Of a stretch of DNA of 64,000 nucleotides, positions 27,321 through 44,519 are shown piece after piece. Source of the stretch: the human T2T-CHM13v2.0 reference genome, Homo sapiens; assembly GCF_009914755.1 (NCBI RefSeq), contig NC_060947.1; one strand, given 5' to 3'. The notes beneath the pieces were generated by a model, which saw only the letters and a program-made list of their open reading frames with translations, searched no databases and had not been told where the DNA came from. A program made the translations under genes and the position numbers. The number at the start of each line of letters is the position of its first letter. The stretch's first letter is position 1.

Positions 27321-27845
27321 GCAAAAATAGTGAATTAAAATACTTCAAAAGTTTATTTCTGCAAGAAAGCAATAAAAAACTGACAATATATGTCAGAATC
27401 AACTGTTTTTGAACTCTAAAAAATAACTAAAAGTATACATCTACCAGAAAAGTGCTTAAGCAAGAAAAAATAACTAAATTTCAGTAAGAACAACAAGATT
27501 TTTGGTGTTTTAACCAAACTCTGGTCCCCTCCTCTACTCCACATTTCAGCAATAGTCTTGGAAATACCAGCTTACATTCCCAGTATAGAAGGTAGCAGAA
27601 TGTATTTCAATTACAAAACATTGTAATAATTTATTTTCTCCAGTCTAATGGCTCTCTGGAAGACCAGGCCAAAATGCTTGCCTTTGTTCTTTGTAACTTG
27701 GAACTCAGTGCAAAGCAGGTACTCAGCGGGTTTTCACTTTAAATATTTACAGGAAGACATATTAATCACTGCTGACTGAGGTAATAAAAAAACTGTTGGG
27801 GCAAATGGACTAACCAAAAAGCTTGATGAGAAAGATTTGGGAATT
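27320..27845 (+). mobile_element. Old L1MC/MD 5' region fragment
   Basis: AAAGCAATAAAAAACTGACAATATATGTCAGAATCAACTGTTTTTGAACTCT resembles recalled L1MC/MD 5' ends. Confidence 0.45.
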
Positions 27846-27849
27846 ACTT

Positions 27850-30800
27850 TCTATATAAATTTTAGAATAATTTTTTATAATTTTGTGAAAAATGTCATTG
27901 GTAATTTGATAGGAATAGTTTTTAATCTTTAAATTGCTTTAAGTACTATGGCCATTTTAACAATATTGTCTCTTCCTATACATGAGCATAGAATATTTCT
28001 GCAATTTGTTTGTCTTGTTTCTGATTTCTTTCAGTAGTGTTTTGTAATAATCATTGTAGAGCTCTTTTACTGCCTTAACTAGCTGTATTCCTAGGTATTT
28101 TGTTATTTTTGTGGATATTGTGAATGAAATTGTGTTATTTGTTTGGCTATCAGCATGAATGTTATTGGTGTATAAATGCTACTGAGTTTTCTACATTAAT
28201 TTTGCATCCTAAAACTTTGCTGAAGTTGTTGAGTAGCCTACGGTCATGGTGTTTTCTAGGTGATCAATTACAACGTCTGTGAAGAGAGAGAGTTTGGCTT
28301 CATTTCTTCCTATTTAGAAGCCTTTTAATTTCTTTCTTTTGCCTGTTTTCTCTAGCTAGGACTACCAGTACCATGTTAAATAGGAAAGGTGAGAGTGCGT
28401 AACCTTGTTCCAGGTCTCAAGGGGTATGGTTGCAGCATTTTGCCCTTTCAGTATGATGTTGACTGTCACATATGGCCCTCATTATTTTGAGGTATGTTTC
28501 TTCAATACCTAGTTTATTAAGAGTTTTTAACATTAAGGGACGTTGAGTTTTGTCAAAAACCTTTTCTGTATTTATTGAGATAATCATGGGTTTTTTGTTT
28601 GTAGATCTGTTTATCTAGTGAATCACATTTATTGATTTAAGTATGTTGAGCCAACCTCGCATCTCAGGTATGAAGCCTACTTGATCATGGTGGATTAGCT
28701 TTTTGATGTGCTGATGGATTTGATTTGCTAGTATTTTGTTGAAGAATTTTGCATCTATGTCCTAAAGTTTTCTTTTCTTATTGTGTCTCTGCCAGGTTTT
28801 GATATCAGAATGATGCTGGCCTCATAGAACGAGTTAGGGAGGAGTCCCTCCCGCTCATTTTTTGGAATAATTTCAGTAGGATTTGTATCAGCTCTTTTTT
28901 ATACATCTGGTAGAATCCAGCTATAAATATGTCTGATCCAGAGCTTTTTGTGGTTAGTAGGTTTCTTATTACTAATTCAATTTTGGAACTCATTTTTGGT
29001 CTGCTCAGGTTTTCAATTTTTCCTGGTTCAATTTTGGGAAGTTGTAAGTTTCCAGGAATCTATACATTTCTTTTAGGTTTCCTAGTTTGTATGCACAGGG
29101 GTGATTGAAATAGTCTTTTAGGGTTGTTTGTATTTCTGTGGGGTCGGTGTTAACATCCATATTGTCATTTCTGATTGTGCTTATTTGGATCTTCTCACTT
29201 TTTTATTAGTGTAGCTAGTATCTTATCAATCTCATTTATTCTTTTAAAGAACAAACTTTTGGTTTCATTTGTCTTTTATATGTTTTCTTTGTGTCTCTAT
29301 TTTGTTCAGTTCAACTCTGACTTTGGTTATCTCTCTTATTCTTCTAGGTCTGTTGTCGGTTTGCTCTTGTTTTTACATTTTTATAGGTGTAATATTAGGC
29401 TGCTAATTTGAGTTCTTTCTGCTTGATGTTGGTGTTTAGTGCTATCAGCATTTTTAACATTGGTTTAGATTTGTCTCAGAGATTCTGGTATGTTCTATCT
29501 GTGTTTTCATTACTTTCAAAGAATTTCTTGATTTCTGCTTTAATTTCAGTATTTACCCAAAAGTCATGCAGCAGTAGATTTTTGAATTTCCATGTAATTA
29601 CATGGTTTTGAGAGATCTTGGTGTTTGTTTCTATTTTTATTTCACTGTGCCCTGAGAGTGGTTGGTTTAATTTCTGTTTATAAAATTTGTTGAGAATTGA
29701 TTTATGGCTGAGCATGTGGCCAATTTTAGAGAATGTGCCATTTGCAAATGAGAAGAATTAATATTCTGTTATTTTTGAGTGGAGTGTTCAGTAGATGTCT
29801 GATAGGTTCATTTGTTCAAGTGTTGAAGTTAGGTCCAGAATATTTTGTGTGCTATTCTGCCTCAATGATCTGTCTAATGCTGTGAGTGGGCTACTGAAGT
29901 ATCCCACTATTTCTGTGTGGTTATTTAAGTATTTTTGTAAGTCTCTAAGAACTTGTTTAATAGACCTGGGTGCTCCAGTATTGGGTACATATATATTTAG
30001 GATGGTTAAGTCTACTTGTGGAATTGAACCCTTTGTTATCATGTAATGCTGTTCTTTGTCTTTTTTGATACTTGTTGGTTTAAAGTCTGTTTTACCTGAA
30101 ATTAGAATAGCAAACACTGCTCTTTATTTTCTGTTTGCTTGATAGGTCTTTCCCTATCCCTTTGAGCCTATGTGTGTCCTTTCATGTGAGATGGGTCTCT
30201 GGTAGACAGCATACAATTGAGTCTTGCATCTTTATCTAAGTAGTCACCTTATGCTTTTTAATTGGGGCATTTAGCCCATTTACATTCAAAGTTAAAATTG
30301 ACATGTGCAGATTTGATCCTGTCATCATATTGTTAGCCTGTTGTTATGTAGACTTCATTGTATCATTGCTTTATAGTGTAAATGGTCTATGTGTTACACT
30401 GAGTTTTTGTGTTGGCCTATAATAGTCTTTTGTTTCTGTGTTTAGCACTCCTTAAGGATCTCTTTTAAGGCATGTCTGGTGGTAAGAAATTCCCTTAGCA
30501 TTTTTTTGTCTGAAACAGATTGTATTTCTTTTTTGCTTCTGAAGCTTAGTTAGGCTGGATGTAAAATTTTTGGTTGAAATTTTTTTCAAGTATGTATGCC
30601 CCTACATACTTTTTATATTTTTATATTTATTATTAATATTAATCTTTGTATCTTTATATTTATAAAATATTTTAATAATATAAAATACTTACAAAATTAA
30701 TTTTTATTTTTAAAAATTTTTTAATTTTACTTTAAATTCTGGAATACATGTGCAGAATGTGCAGGTTTGTTATGTAGGTATACATGTGCCATGGTGGTTT

Positions 30801-33800
30801 GCTACACCCGTCAACCTATCACCTAGGTTTTAAGCCCCGCATGCATTAAGTATTTGTCCTAATGCTCTCCCTCCCCTTGAGGCCCACCTCCTGACAAGCC
30901 CTGGTGTGTACTGTTTCCCTCCTTGTGTCCATGTGTTCTCATTGTTCAACTCCCACTTATGAGTGAGAACATGCAGTGTTTGGTTTTCTCTTCCTGTATT
31001 AGTTTGCTGAGAATGATGGTTTCCAGCTTCATCCATGTCTCTGCAAAGGACATGATCTCATTTTTTATGGCTGCATGGTATTCCATGATGTATGTGTGCC
31101 AAATTTTCTTTATCCATTCTGTCATTGATGGGCATTTGGGTTGGTTCCAAGTGTTTTAGTCATGAAGTCTTTTGTATATTTGCTGTTTTAGTCATGAAGT
31201 CTTTTGTATATTATTATTTTTATATTTTTAGGGATATAAGCCCCCAATCTCTTCTGGCTTGTAGGGTTTCTGCTGAAATGTCCACTGTTAGACTGATGAA
31301 GTTCCCTTTGTAGATGACTTGCCCCTTCTCTCTAAATACCTGTATAATTATTATTTATTTTTCTTTGGCCTTGGAGAATCTGATGACTGTGTGTCTTGGG
31401 GATGGATGCCTTGCACGGTATCTCACAGAGTTTCTGTAAATTTCCTGAATTTGAATATCCATCTCTCTAGCAAAATTTGAAATATTTTTATGGATGATAT
31501 CCTGATATAGGTTTTAAAAGTTGCTTGCTTACTCGCCCTCATTTCCAGGGATTCCAATGAGTCATAGTTTTGGTCTCTTTACATAATTCCATTTTTTTGG
31601 GGGGGAGTTTGTTTATTTTAAGAATTATTGTTTCTTTATTTTTGTCTGACTGAGTTGAATTTTAAAAGAAATATTTGAGGTCTGAGACTTTTTTCAGCTT
31701 GCCCTATTCTGTTGTTAATACTTTTGATTGTGTTTTAGAATTCTTGTAGTGAGGTTTTTTTAAAATCTCTACCATATCAGTTTTGTTTATTTTTATAATG
31801 TATATTTAATCTTTCCGGTTTCTTATAATTTTATTGGATTTCTTAGATTCCTTGGATTATATTTCAACTTTCTTCTGAATCTGAATGATCTTTGCTGCCA
31901 TCCAAATTCTGAATTCTTTGTTGGTCATTTCAGTCATTTCGTTCAGATTAAGAACCATTGCTGGGGGCTAATGTGGTTGTTTGGAGGTAAGAAGACACTC
32001 TAGCTTTTACAGTTATCATAGTTTTTGTGCTGGTTCATATCTGTGTGGTCTGATGTTCCTTTAACTGTTGTGTAATTTGGGTATAGACAATTGGTTTTTT
32101 TTCTGGATGTTTACAGAGGATGGAGGCTTTGTTCAGGGTCTTTACTTGTGGCTGAATTTTTGCCCATGGTTTCTTAGTGGAAGATATTTAAAAAGTATTT
32201 TTGGTGTGGTAGTTTGGGCTGCTATCCTATATAAGGCCATTAAGTGTAACGGTCAATAGATAGGCTCTTACTTAGCTGCATTACTCCTCTGCATTTCCTC
32301 ATGTTTGCATTCATGCTCTGAGAGTGTGGGCTCCTCTCCAGATTGAGTACTGGTAGAAATCTTGCCTTGCCACTCCTGGGCTGTGCACCAGAGCCCTGGG
32401 GCAAGCTTAGACTTTTTGATTCCACCTCAGTGGGGGCAGCAGGGGTAGGCAATGGTAGAGTGCCTATCACTTATCTCTTAGAGCTCCACTTCAAAGAAAT
32501 GCAGAGCCTCTACCAATTTGAACAATCGGCTAAGGATGGGAGGCTGCATTATGGGTTCAAGCTACAGGGTCCTGCCTGGTGAAGAGGAGGTGGTTGGGGC
32601 ATCACAGGGAAGAGAGACTTGGCTCCTCTCTTTAAGAAAGCTGTGGCATGCTGAATGTGCAAGCAAAGTGATGAAGGTCTTTGTTCCCCAGCCTAAGGAC
32701 ATCAAGAGTGGGTACTGCCACACTGGCAATGGCCAAGGAGCTCTCAATTTTCTCTGTGAAACCCAACCTAGAGAGACACAGAGCTGCTGCCAGTGGGAAT
32801 GTTCAGCCAGGGGTCTAACAGCTGCACTGTGGGCCCAAGCCAGGAGACCTGCCTGGAGAAGAGCAGGGCGTCAGGGGTTCACAGGGAAAAGAGACTGGAT
32901 TCCTCCCCATATTGTGCCTTTGGTGTACTGGTAGGGTAAAGAAAGTGATTACAATTTTTGTTTTCTCCTCAGCCTGAGGGCACCAAGGGCAGGTACTGCT
33001 TCAGTGGCAATGACAGAGAGTCTGAGGGTTGTCTATGGAAATTCCACTCCAGAGAAATTCAGAGTTGTCACCAACTGATGTGACCAGGTGGAGGTAGTGC
33101 AGCTGCTCTGGGAGCACAGGCTGAAAGGCTCTGCCCAGCGAAGAGTAGCAGGGGCAGAAAACCATGTAGAAAACAGTCTGGTTTCTTTTCCAAATGGTAG
33201 CTTCAGCATGCTGGACACCCAAGACAGTTCTTGCGCTCTTCATTGCCTCCCCAGCTTGAGGACAGTAGAAGCAGGAGCTGCAGCAGTGGCAAAAGCTGTA
33301 GGCTTGTTGGTTAACTCTGAGAGCTCTGTCCCAGAGAAATGCAGAGCTGCCATCAGCCTGAATGCACCAGTAAAAGTAGGGTGTCTGAGGTGGGGTCCCA
33401 GGCCAGGGGGCTTTGCCTGATGATGTGCAGCAAAGGCAAGGCCAGCAGTCTATCCACTACTCAGCACCATGGATATGGCCCCTATCCTGGGGGAACAAGA
33501 GAGAGTATGGCCTCCCTTGTTGGCAGAGATATGGCAGATGGCATTGGGGTGCTCAGGGATTCAAGGCCCTTGGGGATCCATGTGGACCTGAGTGGCAGTT
33601 CTGCATAGACTCCATGCAGCTCTTTATGTCAGTCTGGAGGCCCAGGGGTGGGGGCTTAGGGGGTATCTCCTATGCTCAGGATTGCAAACGTTTATGGCAG
33701 AAATGTGGGTTCCAAGGGGCTTTCAATTATTCATCCTTTCCCCAGGGTAGAGAGCTACTCTTGTCTTTGCATCAATCCCAAGTAGGCTGCTGTCATGCCT

Positions 33801-33968
33801 CACTCTTCTCTGCTCTCCATGAGGCACTATTGCTTCCTTGATTAATCCTAACATGGCCTCGTGGATGATCCATTGAAAGAACTAGTGTTTACTGGCCACT
33901 CTATCATCATTTAATGAGAACAGCACAGGCCAGCTTTTTTTTATTTGTCCATCTTCACACCTCGCCCA
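27850..33968 (-). mobile_element. L1PA15-17-like LINE-1, 5'-complete (long 5'UTR, ORF1, ORF2 to RT), 3'-truncated
   Basis: ORF 29788-30117 is the EN domain (ILISGKTDFKPTSIKKDKE). ORF1-like sequence lies at ~30380-32000. Minus-strand start near 33960 reads GAAGATGGACAAATAAAAAAAAGCTGGCCTGTGCTGTTCTC. Confidence 0.78.
30624..31216 (-). mobile_element. Short L1PA8 3' insertion with a long AT-rich tail, nested in L1 ORF1
   Basis: L1PA8 3'UTR at ~30720-31152. Candidate TSD TTTTTATATTTTTA at 30610-30623 and 31217-31230. Confidence 0.75.
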
Positions 33969-33971
33969 GGG

Positions 33972-34290
33972 GCTTTTCTATATACCTAATAAAAAATGGA
34001 ATTCGAAGTTTAAGAAATACAATACTATTTACATTAGCACTCTTAAAATAAAATACTTTGATATAAAGCTGACAAAATATGTATAGAATCAATGTGAGGA
34101 AAGCTACAAAAATCTGATGAAAAAGTCGAAGAACAAATAAACAAAAAGATATTCCATATTTATGGGTAGGAAGACTCAATACTTGCAAGATGTCAATTCT
34201 TCCCAACTTGATCTATAGATTCAATGCAATCACAATGAAAATCTCACCAAGTTATTTTGTGGATATCAACAAAAAACTCACTTCAAAATT
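33972..34290 (+). mobile_element. Old L1MC/MD ORF2 fragment
   Basis: GGAAGACTCAATACTTGCAAGATGTCAATTCTTCCCAACTTGATCTATAGATTCAATGCAATC. Confidence 0.7.
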
Positions 34291-34299
34291 TTATTAAAC

Positions 34300-37200
34300 A
34301 ATTGCTTGTATTAGCAGCATAATTGACCAAGCTGAGGAAATAATTTCAGAGGTTGAAGACTTGTTCTCTAAAATAACTCAGTCAGAAAAAATTAAAAAAA
34401 AATAAAGAAGAATTATTAAAAACCACCATGAAATGTGGCATTTTTTAAAAAAGACCAAATTTTTGACTAATTGGCATCCCCTAAATAGAGGAATAAGAGC
34501 CTTTTCAGACAAGTAAAATCTAAAGAAATTTGTTACCATCAGACCTTTTTTATAAGTAGTTCTTAAGAGAGTGCTAAATATGGAAAAGAAAGACTGTTAC
34601 TGGCCACCACAAATACACACGCACATAGACCATTGACAGTATAAAGCAACCACACAAACAAGTGTTCAAAATGACCAACTAACAACAAGATGGTAGGATC
34701 AAACCCACACATGTAAATATTAAGCTTTAATGCAAGCCAGCTGAATGCCTCAGTTGAAAAGCACAGCATGGCAAGTTGGATAAAGTAGCAAGGCCCAACT
34801 GTATGGGTCTACAAGAGACTCATGTCAAATGCAATGACACCCATAAGCTCAAAGTAAAGAAATGAGACAAAATATACAAAGTAACTGAAAAAAATGCAGA
34901 GGTTTCTCTTCTAACTTCAGACGAAATAGGTTTTAAATCAGCAGTAAGTACAAAAGACCAACATGAGTAAAGAGAGAGGGTTCAATTCAACAAGAAGACC
35001 TAATTATCCTAAATACATATGCACCTGACACAGGAGCACCCAGATTCATAAAGTAAATTATTAGAAACCTATGACAAGACTTAGATAACCACACAATAAT
35101 AGCAGGAGACTTCAACATCCCAGTAAAAGTATTAGACAGATTATTGAGTCAGTAAACTAACAAAGATATTTGGGATCTGAACTCAACATTTGACCAAATG
35201 GGCCTAATAAACATTTACAGAACTATCCACCCCAAAACAACTAAATATATGTTGCTGTCATCTACACATGGCACATACTTTAAATTTGACTACTCAATAA
35301 GCATAAAACAATCCTCAGCAAATAAAAAAAATAAATTACATCAAAAACACTCTCAGATCACAGTGCAATAAAAATACAATCAATACAAAGAAAAATCACT
35401 CATAACTATACAATTCCATGAAAATTAAACTACTCACTCCTGAATGACTTCTAAATAAATACAAAACTAAAACAGAAATGAAGAAATTCTTGGAAACTAA
35501 TGAAAACAAAGATACAACCTACCAGAATCTCTAGGACAAAGCTAAAGCCGTATTAAGAGGGAAGTTTATAGTGATAAAAACCCATATAGAAAAGTTAGAA
35601 ACATCACAAATGAACCATCTAATATCACATCTAGAGGAACTAGAGATACAAGAGCAAACATGCACCAAAGCTAGTATAAGACAGGAAATAACTAAAATCA
35701 GGGCTGAAGTGAAAGAAACTGAGACATGAAAAACCATCTAAAATAGTAATGAATCCAAAAGTTGTTTTTTTTAAAGAATAAATAACATTATCAAATTATC
35801 TCTGTTTGAAAATGATATGATTCTGTAACTAGGAAGCCTCATTCTATAACTAAAAAACTGCCCAAAAGCTCATAGATATGATAAACAACTTCAGAAAAGG
35901 TTCAGGATACAAAATCAATTTACAACTATCAGTAGCATTTCTATAAACCAACAAAATTGAAAATGAGAACCAAATCAAGAGCACAACCACATTTACAAGA
36001 GGCACACACAAAAAATATCTACGAATACAGCTAACCAGGGAGGTGAAAGATCTCTACAATAAGTATTACAAAAACTCTGATCAAAGGAATCAGAGGTGAC
36101 ACAAGCAAATGGAAAAACATTCCATGCTCATGGATAGAAATAATTGATATTTTTTTAGTGGCCATGTGTCCAAAGCAACTTACAAATTCAATGCTATTCT
36201 TATCAAACTGCCAATAACATTCTTTACAGAATTAGAAAAGAAATATATTTTTAAATTATATGGAATGTAAAAAGAGCTCCAATATTCAAAGCAATCCTAA
36301 GGAAAAAGAAGAAAGCTAGAGAGATCACATTATCCAACTTCAAACAATACTACAAGGCCACAGTAACCAAAGCAGCATGGTACTAGTACTTAAACAGACA
36401 GATAATCAAATGGAACAGAATAGAGTTCCCAGAAATAAATTTGCACATCTACAACAATCTGGCCTTTGACAAAGTCAACAAAAACAAGCAAGGAGAAAAG
36501 GAATCCCTATTCAGTAAATGATGCTGGGATAACTGGGTAGCCATATGTAGAAGATGGAAACTGAACTCTTTCCTTATACCATATAAAAAGTCAACTCAAG
36601 ATGGATTAAAGACTTAAAAGTAAAACCTAAAACTATAACAACCCTGGAAGGTAACCTACAAAATATCATTCTGGATATAGGCCCTAGCAAAGATTTTATG
36701 ACAAAGATGCCAAAAGCAATTGCAAAGGAAGCAAAAATTGACAAATGAGACCTAATTAAACTAAAGGGCTTTTGAACAGCAAAAGAAACTGTCAACAGAG
36801 TAAATAAACAACCTGCAGAATGGGAGAAAATGCAAACTATGCATGTGAGAAAGGTCTAATACCTTGAATTTATTATTATTTTTAAGCAAATCAAGGAAAA
36901 AAACAAACTTCTTTATTAAAAAGTGGGCAAAGGACATGACCAGACACTTTTCCAAAGAATGTATACATGTAGTCAAGAAGTATATGAAAAAATATTTAAC
37001 ATTACTTATCATTAGAGAAGTGCAAATCAAACCACAATGTGATATCATCTCACACCAGTGTAAATAGTTACTATTAAAAAGTCAAGCAGTAACAGATGCT
37101 GGCAAGGTTGCAGGGAAAAGGAAATGCTTACATTCTGCTGGTGAGAATGGAAGTTAGTTTAACTCTTGTGGAAAGTAGTTTTTAAAATTCTCAAAAAAAC

Positions 37201-37740
37201 TTAAAACAGAAGTGCTATTTTACCCAGTAATCCCATTATTTGGTGTATACCCAAAATAATTTAAATTGTCCTGCCAAAAATACACATGCATGGGTATATT
37301 CATGGCAGCACTATTTACAATAGCAAAGTTATGGAATCGACCTAAATGCCCACAAAAGATAGACCAGATAAGAAAATATACACCATGGAATACTACACAG
37401 CTATTAAAAATGTGATCATGTCATTTGCAGCAAAAATGGATGGAGCAGGAGACCATAAGTCTAAGCAAAATAATGCAGAAATAGAAAACTAAGTGCTGCA
37501 TGTTCTCACTTACAAGTGGGAGCTAAATATTAGTACACATGGACAAAAATAAGGGAAAGGACCTACAGGACCTACTTAAAGTTGGAATGTGGGAGGAAGG
37601 TGAGAATTAAAAAACTACCAGATACTATGCTTATTACTTGGGTGACAATATAGTCTGTACACTAAACCTCTGTGATATTCTATTTACCTATGTAACAAAC
37701 ATGCACATGTATCCCTGAACCTAAAATAATTTTTTTTAAA
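34300..37740 (+). mobile_element. L1PA16-like LINE-1 with internal deletions (~34490 in ORF1; ~35790 removing much of RT)
   Basis: ORF1 end and EN-domain sequence, then a jump to ATCAAATTATCTCTGTTTG. 3'UTR GAGAATTAAAAAACTACC...ACTATGCTTATTACTTGGGTGAC. Confidence 0.78.
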
Positions 37741-38585
37741 TGTCAAGAATGTCATTGGTATTTTAATGGGGACTGCATTGAATCTGTATATTGCTTTGGG
37801 TAGCATGGACATTTTAGCAATGTTGATTTCTCCAAATCATGAACATGGGACACCTTTCCATTTTATTTTTGTTTTCAGTTTCGTACATCAATGTTTTACA
37901 CTTTTTATTGTAGAGATCTTTCACTTCTTTTATTAGGTTAACTCCTAAGTATTTTATTTTATTTGTAGCTATTGTAAATGAGATTACTTTCTTGATTTCT
38001 TTTTTTCAGATTGTTTTCTATTGGCATATAGAAATGCTACTGATTTTTGTATGGTGATTTTTTTTATCCTGTAACTGTACTGAATTTGTTTCTCAGTTCT
38101 AATAATTTGTTTTGGGGAGTCTTTTGGTTTTTCCAGATATAAGATTATATCGTCTGCAAACAAGGATAATTTGACTTCCACCTTTTGAATGTAAATGTTC
38201 TTTATTTCTCTCTTTGTCTGTTGATTTCTTGTACTATGTTGAAAAAAATAGTAAAAATGAGTGCTCATCCCTGATTTTTTTCCAGATCTTAGAGAAAATG
38301 TTTTCAAATTTTCCCCATTCATTATGATACCAGATATTGGTCTATCATATATGCATTTTATTGTATTGGAGTATGTTCCTTCTAGACCCAGTTTTTTCAG
38401 ATTTTTATTATGAAGGGATGCTGAACTTTATCAAATGCTTTTTCAGCATCAATTGAAATGATCATATGGTTTTTGCCCTTCATTCTGTTTTTATGATGTA
38501 ACATGTTGATTGATTTGCACATGTTGAACCATCCTTCTGGTGTCTCTGGGATAAATCTCACTTGGTCATGATAAACAAAATGATC
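37741..38585 (-). mobile_element. L1MA-type ORF2 RT fragment
   Basis: Minus ORFs contain [20 protein letters not shown] and [19 protein letters not shown]. Confidence 0.8.
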
Positions 38586-39038
38586 GGGGATGGAGCCAAG
38601 ATGGCCGAATAGGAACAGCTCTGGTCTACAGCTCCCAGAGTGAGCGACACAGAAGACGGGTGATTTCTGCATTTCCATCTGAGGTACCGGGTTCATCTCA
38701 CTAGGAAGTGCCAGACAGTGGGCGCAGGACAGTGGGTGCAGCGCACCATGTGTGAGCCAAAGCAGGGCGAGGCATTGCCTCACTCGGGAAGCGCAAGGGG
38801 TCAGGGAGTTCCCTTTCCGAGTCAAAGAAAGAGGTGACAGATGGCACCTGGAAAATTGGGTCACTCCCACCTTAATACTGCACTTTTCCAACGGGCTTGA
38901 AAAACGGCACACCAGGAGATTATATCTTGCATCTGGCTCAGAGGGTCCCAAGCCCACGGAGTCTCGCTGATTGCTAGCACAGCAGTCTGAGATCAAACTG
39001 CAAGGTGGCAGCGAGGCTGGGGGAGGGGCGCCCGCCAT
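38397..39038 (-). CDS. L1 ORF0 (antisense 5'UTR ORF), open for 213 aa and reading through into the flanking L1 RT fragment; translation unproven
   Basis: ATG at 39038-39036 gives [29 protein letters not shown], the known ORF0 N-terminus. No stop until 38397. Confidence 0.5.
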   Translation of the reverse strand: MAGAPPPASLPPCSLISDCCASNQRDSVGLGPSEPDARYNLLVCRFSSPLEKCSIKVGVTQFSRCHLSPLSLTRKGNSLTPCASRVRQCLALLWLTHGALHPLSCAHCLALPSEMNPVPQMEMQKSPVFCVAHSGSCRPELFLFGHLGSIPDHFVYHDQVRFIPETPEGWFNMCKSINMLHHKNRMKGKNHMIISIDAEKAFDKVQHPFIIKI

Positions 39039-39617
39039 TGCCCAGGCTTGCTTAGGTAAACAAAGCAGCCAGGGAAACTTGAACTCGGTGGAGCCCACCG
39101 CAGCTCAAGGAGGCCTGCCTGCCTCTGTAGGCTCCACCTCTGGGGGCAGGGCACAGACAAACAAAAAGACAGCAGTAACCTCTGCAGACTTACATGTCCC
39201 TGTCTGACAGCTTTGAAGAGAGCAGTGGTTCTCCCAGCACGCAGCTGGAGATCTGAGAACGGGCAGACTGCCTCCTCAAGTGGGTCCCTGACCCCTGATC
39301 CCTGAGCAGTCTGAGAGACACAGCCCAGTAGGGGCAGACGGACACCTCACACGGCCGGGTACTCCTCTGAGACAAAACTTCCAGAGGAACGATCAGACAG
39401 CAGCATTCGCGGTTCACGAAAGTCCGTTGTTCTGCAGCCACTGCTGCTGGTATCCAGGCAAACAGGGTCTGGAGTGGACCTCTAGCAAACTCCAACAGAC
39501 CTGCAGCTGAGGGTCCTGTCTGTTAGAAGGAAAACTAACAAACAGAAAGGACATCCACACCAAAAACTCATCTGTACATCCCATCATCATAGACCAAAAG
39601 CAGATAAACCCATAAAG

Positions 39618-40634
39618 ATGGGGAAAAAACAGAGCAGAAAAACTGGAAACTCTAAAAAGCAGAGCGCCTCTCCTCCTCCAAAGGAACGCAGTTCCTCACC
39701 AGCAACGGAACAAAGCTGGATGGAGAATGACTTTGATGAGTTGAGAGAAGAAAGCTTCAGATGATCAAACTACTCCAAGCTACAGGAGGAAATTCAAACC
39801 AAAGGCAAGGAAGTTAAAAACTTTGAAAAAAATTTAGATGAATGTATAACTAGAATAACCAATACAGAGAAGTGCTTAAAGGAGCTGATGGAGCTGAAAG
39901 CCAAGGCTCAAGAACTACGTGAAGAATGCAGAAGCCTGAGGAGCCGATGCGATCAACTGGAAGAAAGGGTATCAGTGATGGAAGATGAAATGAATGAAAT
40001 GAAGCGAGAAGGGAAGTTTAGAGAAAAAAGAGTAAAAAGAAACAAACAAATCCTCCAGGAAATATGGGACTAAGTGAAAAGACCAAATCTACATCTGATT
40101 GGTGTACCTGAAAGTGATGGGGAGAATGGAACCAAGTTGGAAAACACTCTGCAGGATATTATCCAGGAGAACTTCCCCAATCTAGCAAGGCAGGCCAACA
40201 TTCAGATTCAGGAAATACAGAAAATGCAACAAAGATACTCCTCGAGAAGAGCAACTCCAAGACATGTAATTGTCAGACTCACCAAAGTTGAAATGAAGGT
40301 AAAAATGTTAAGGGCAGCCAGAGAGAAAGGTCGGGTTACCCGCAAAGGGAAGCCCATCAGACTAACAGCAGATCTCTCGGGAGAAACTCTACAAGCCAGA
40401 AGAGAGTGGGGGCCAATATTCAACATTCTTAAAGAAAAGAATTTTCAACCCAGAATTTCATATCCAGCCAAACTAAGTTTCATAAGTGAAGGAGAAATAA
40501 AATACTTTACAGACAAGCAAATGCTGAGAGATTTTGTCACCATCAGGCCTGCCCTAAAAGAGCTCCTGAAGGAAGCACTAAACATGGAAATGAAAAACCG
40601 GTACCAGCCACTGCAAAATCATGCCAAATTGTAA
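39618..40634 (+). pseudogene. L1PA4 ORF1 with premature stops
   Basis: ATGGGGAAAAAACAG start and canonical 1017-bp span. Internal TGA (~39762) and TAA (40071-40073). C-terminus RYQPLQNHAKL. Confidence 0.9.
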
Positions 40635-40697
40635 AGACCATGGAGGCTAGGAAGAAACTGCATCAACTAATGAGCAAAATAACCAGCTAACACCATA

Positions 40698-44519
<3,822 letters not shown>

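Noticed and set aside
32240-33841. Cluster of ORFs in GC-richer sequence resembling exons
   Set aside because: It lies within the long 5'UTR of the antisense L1PA15-17 element.
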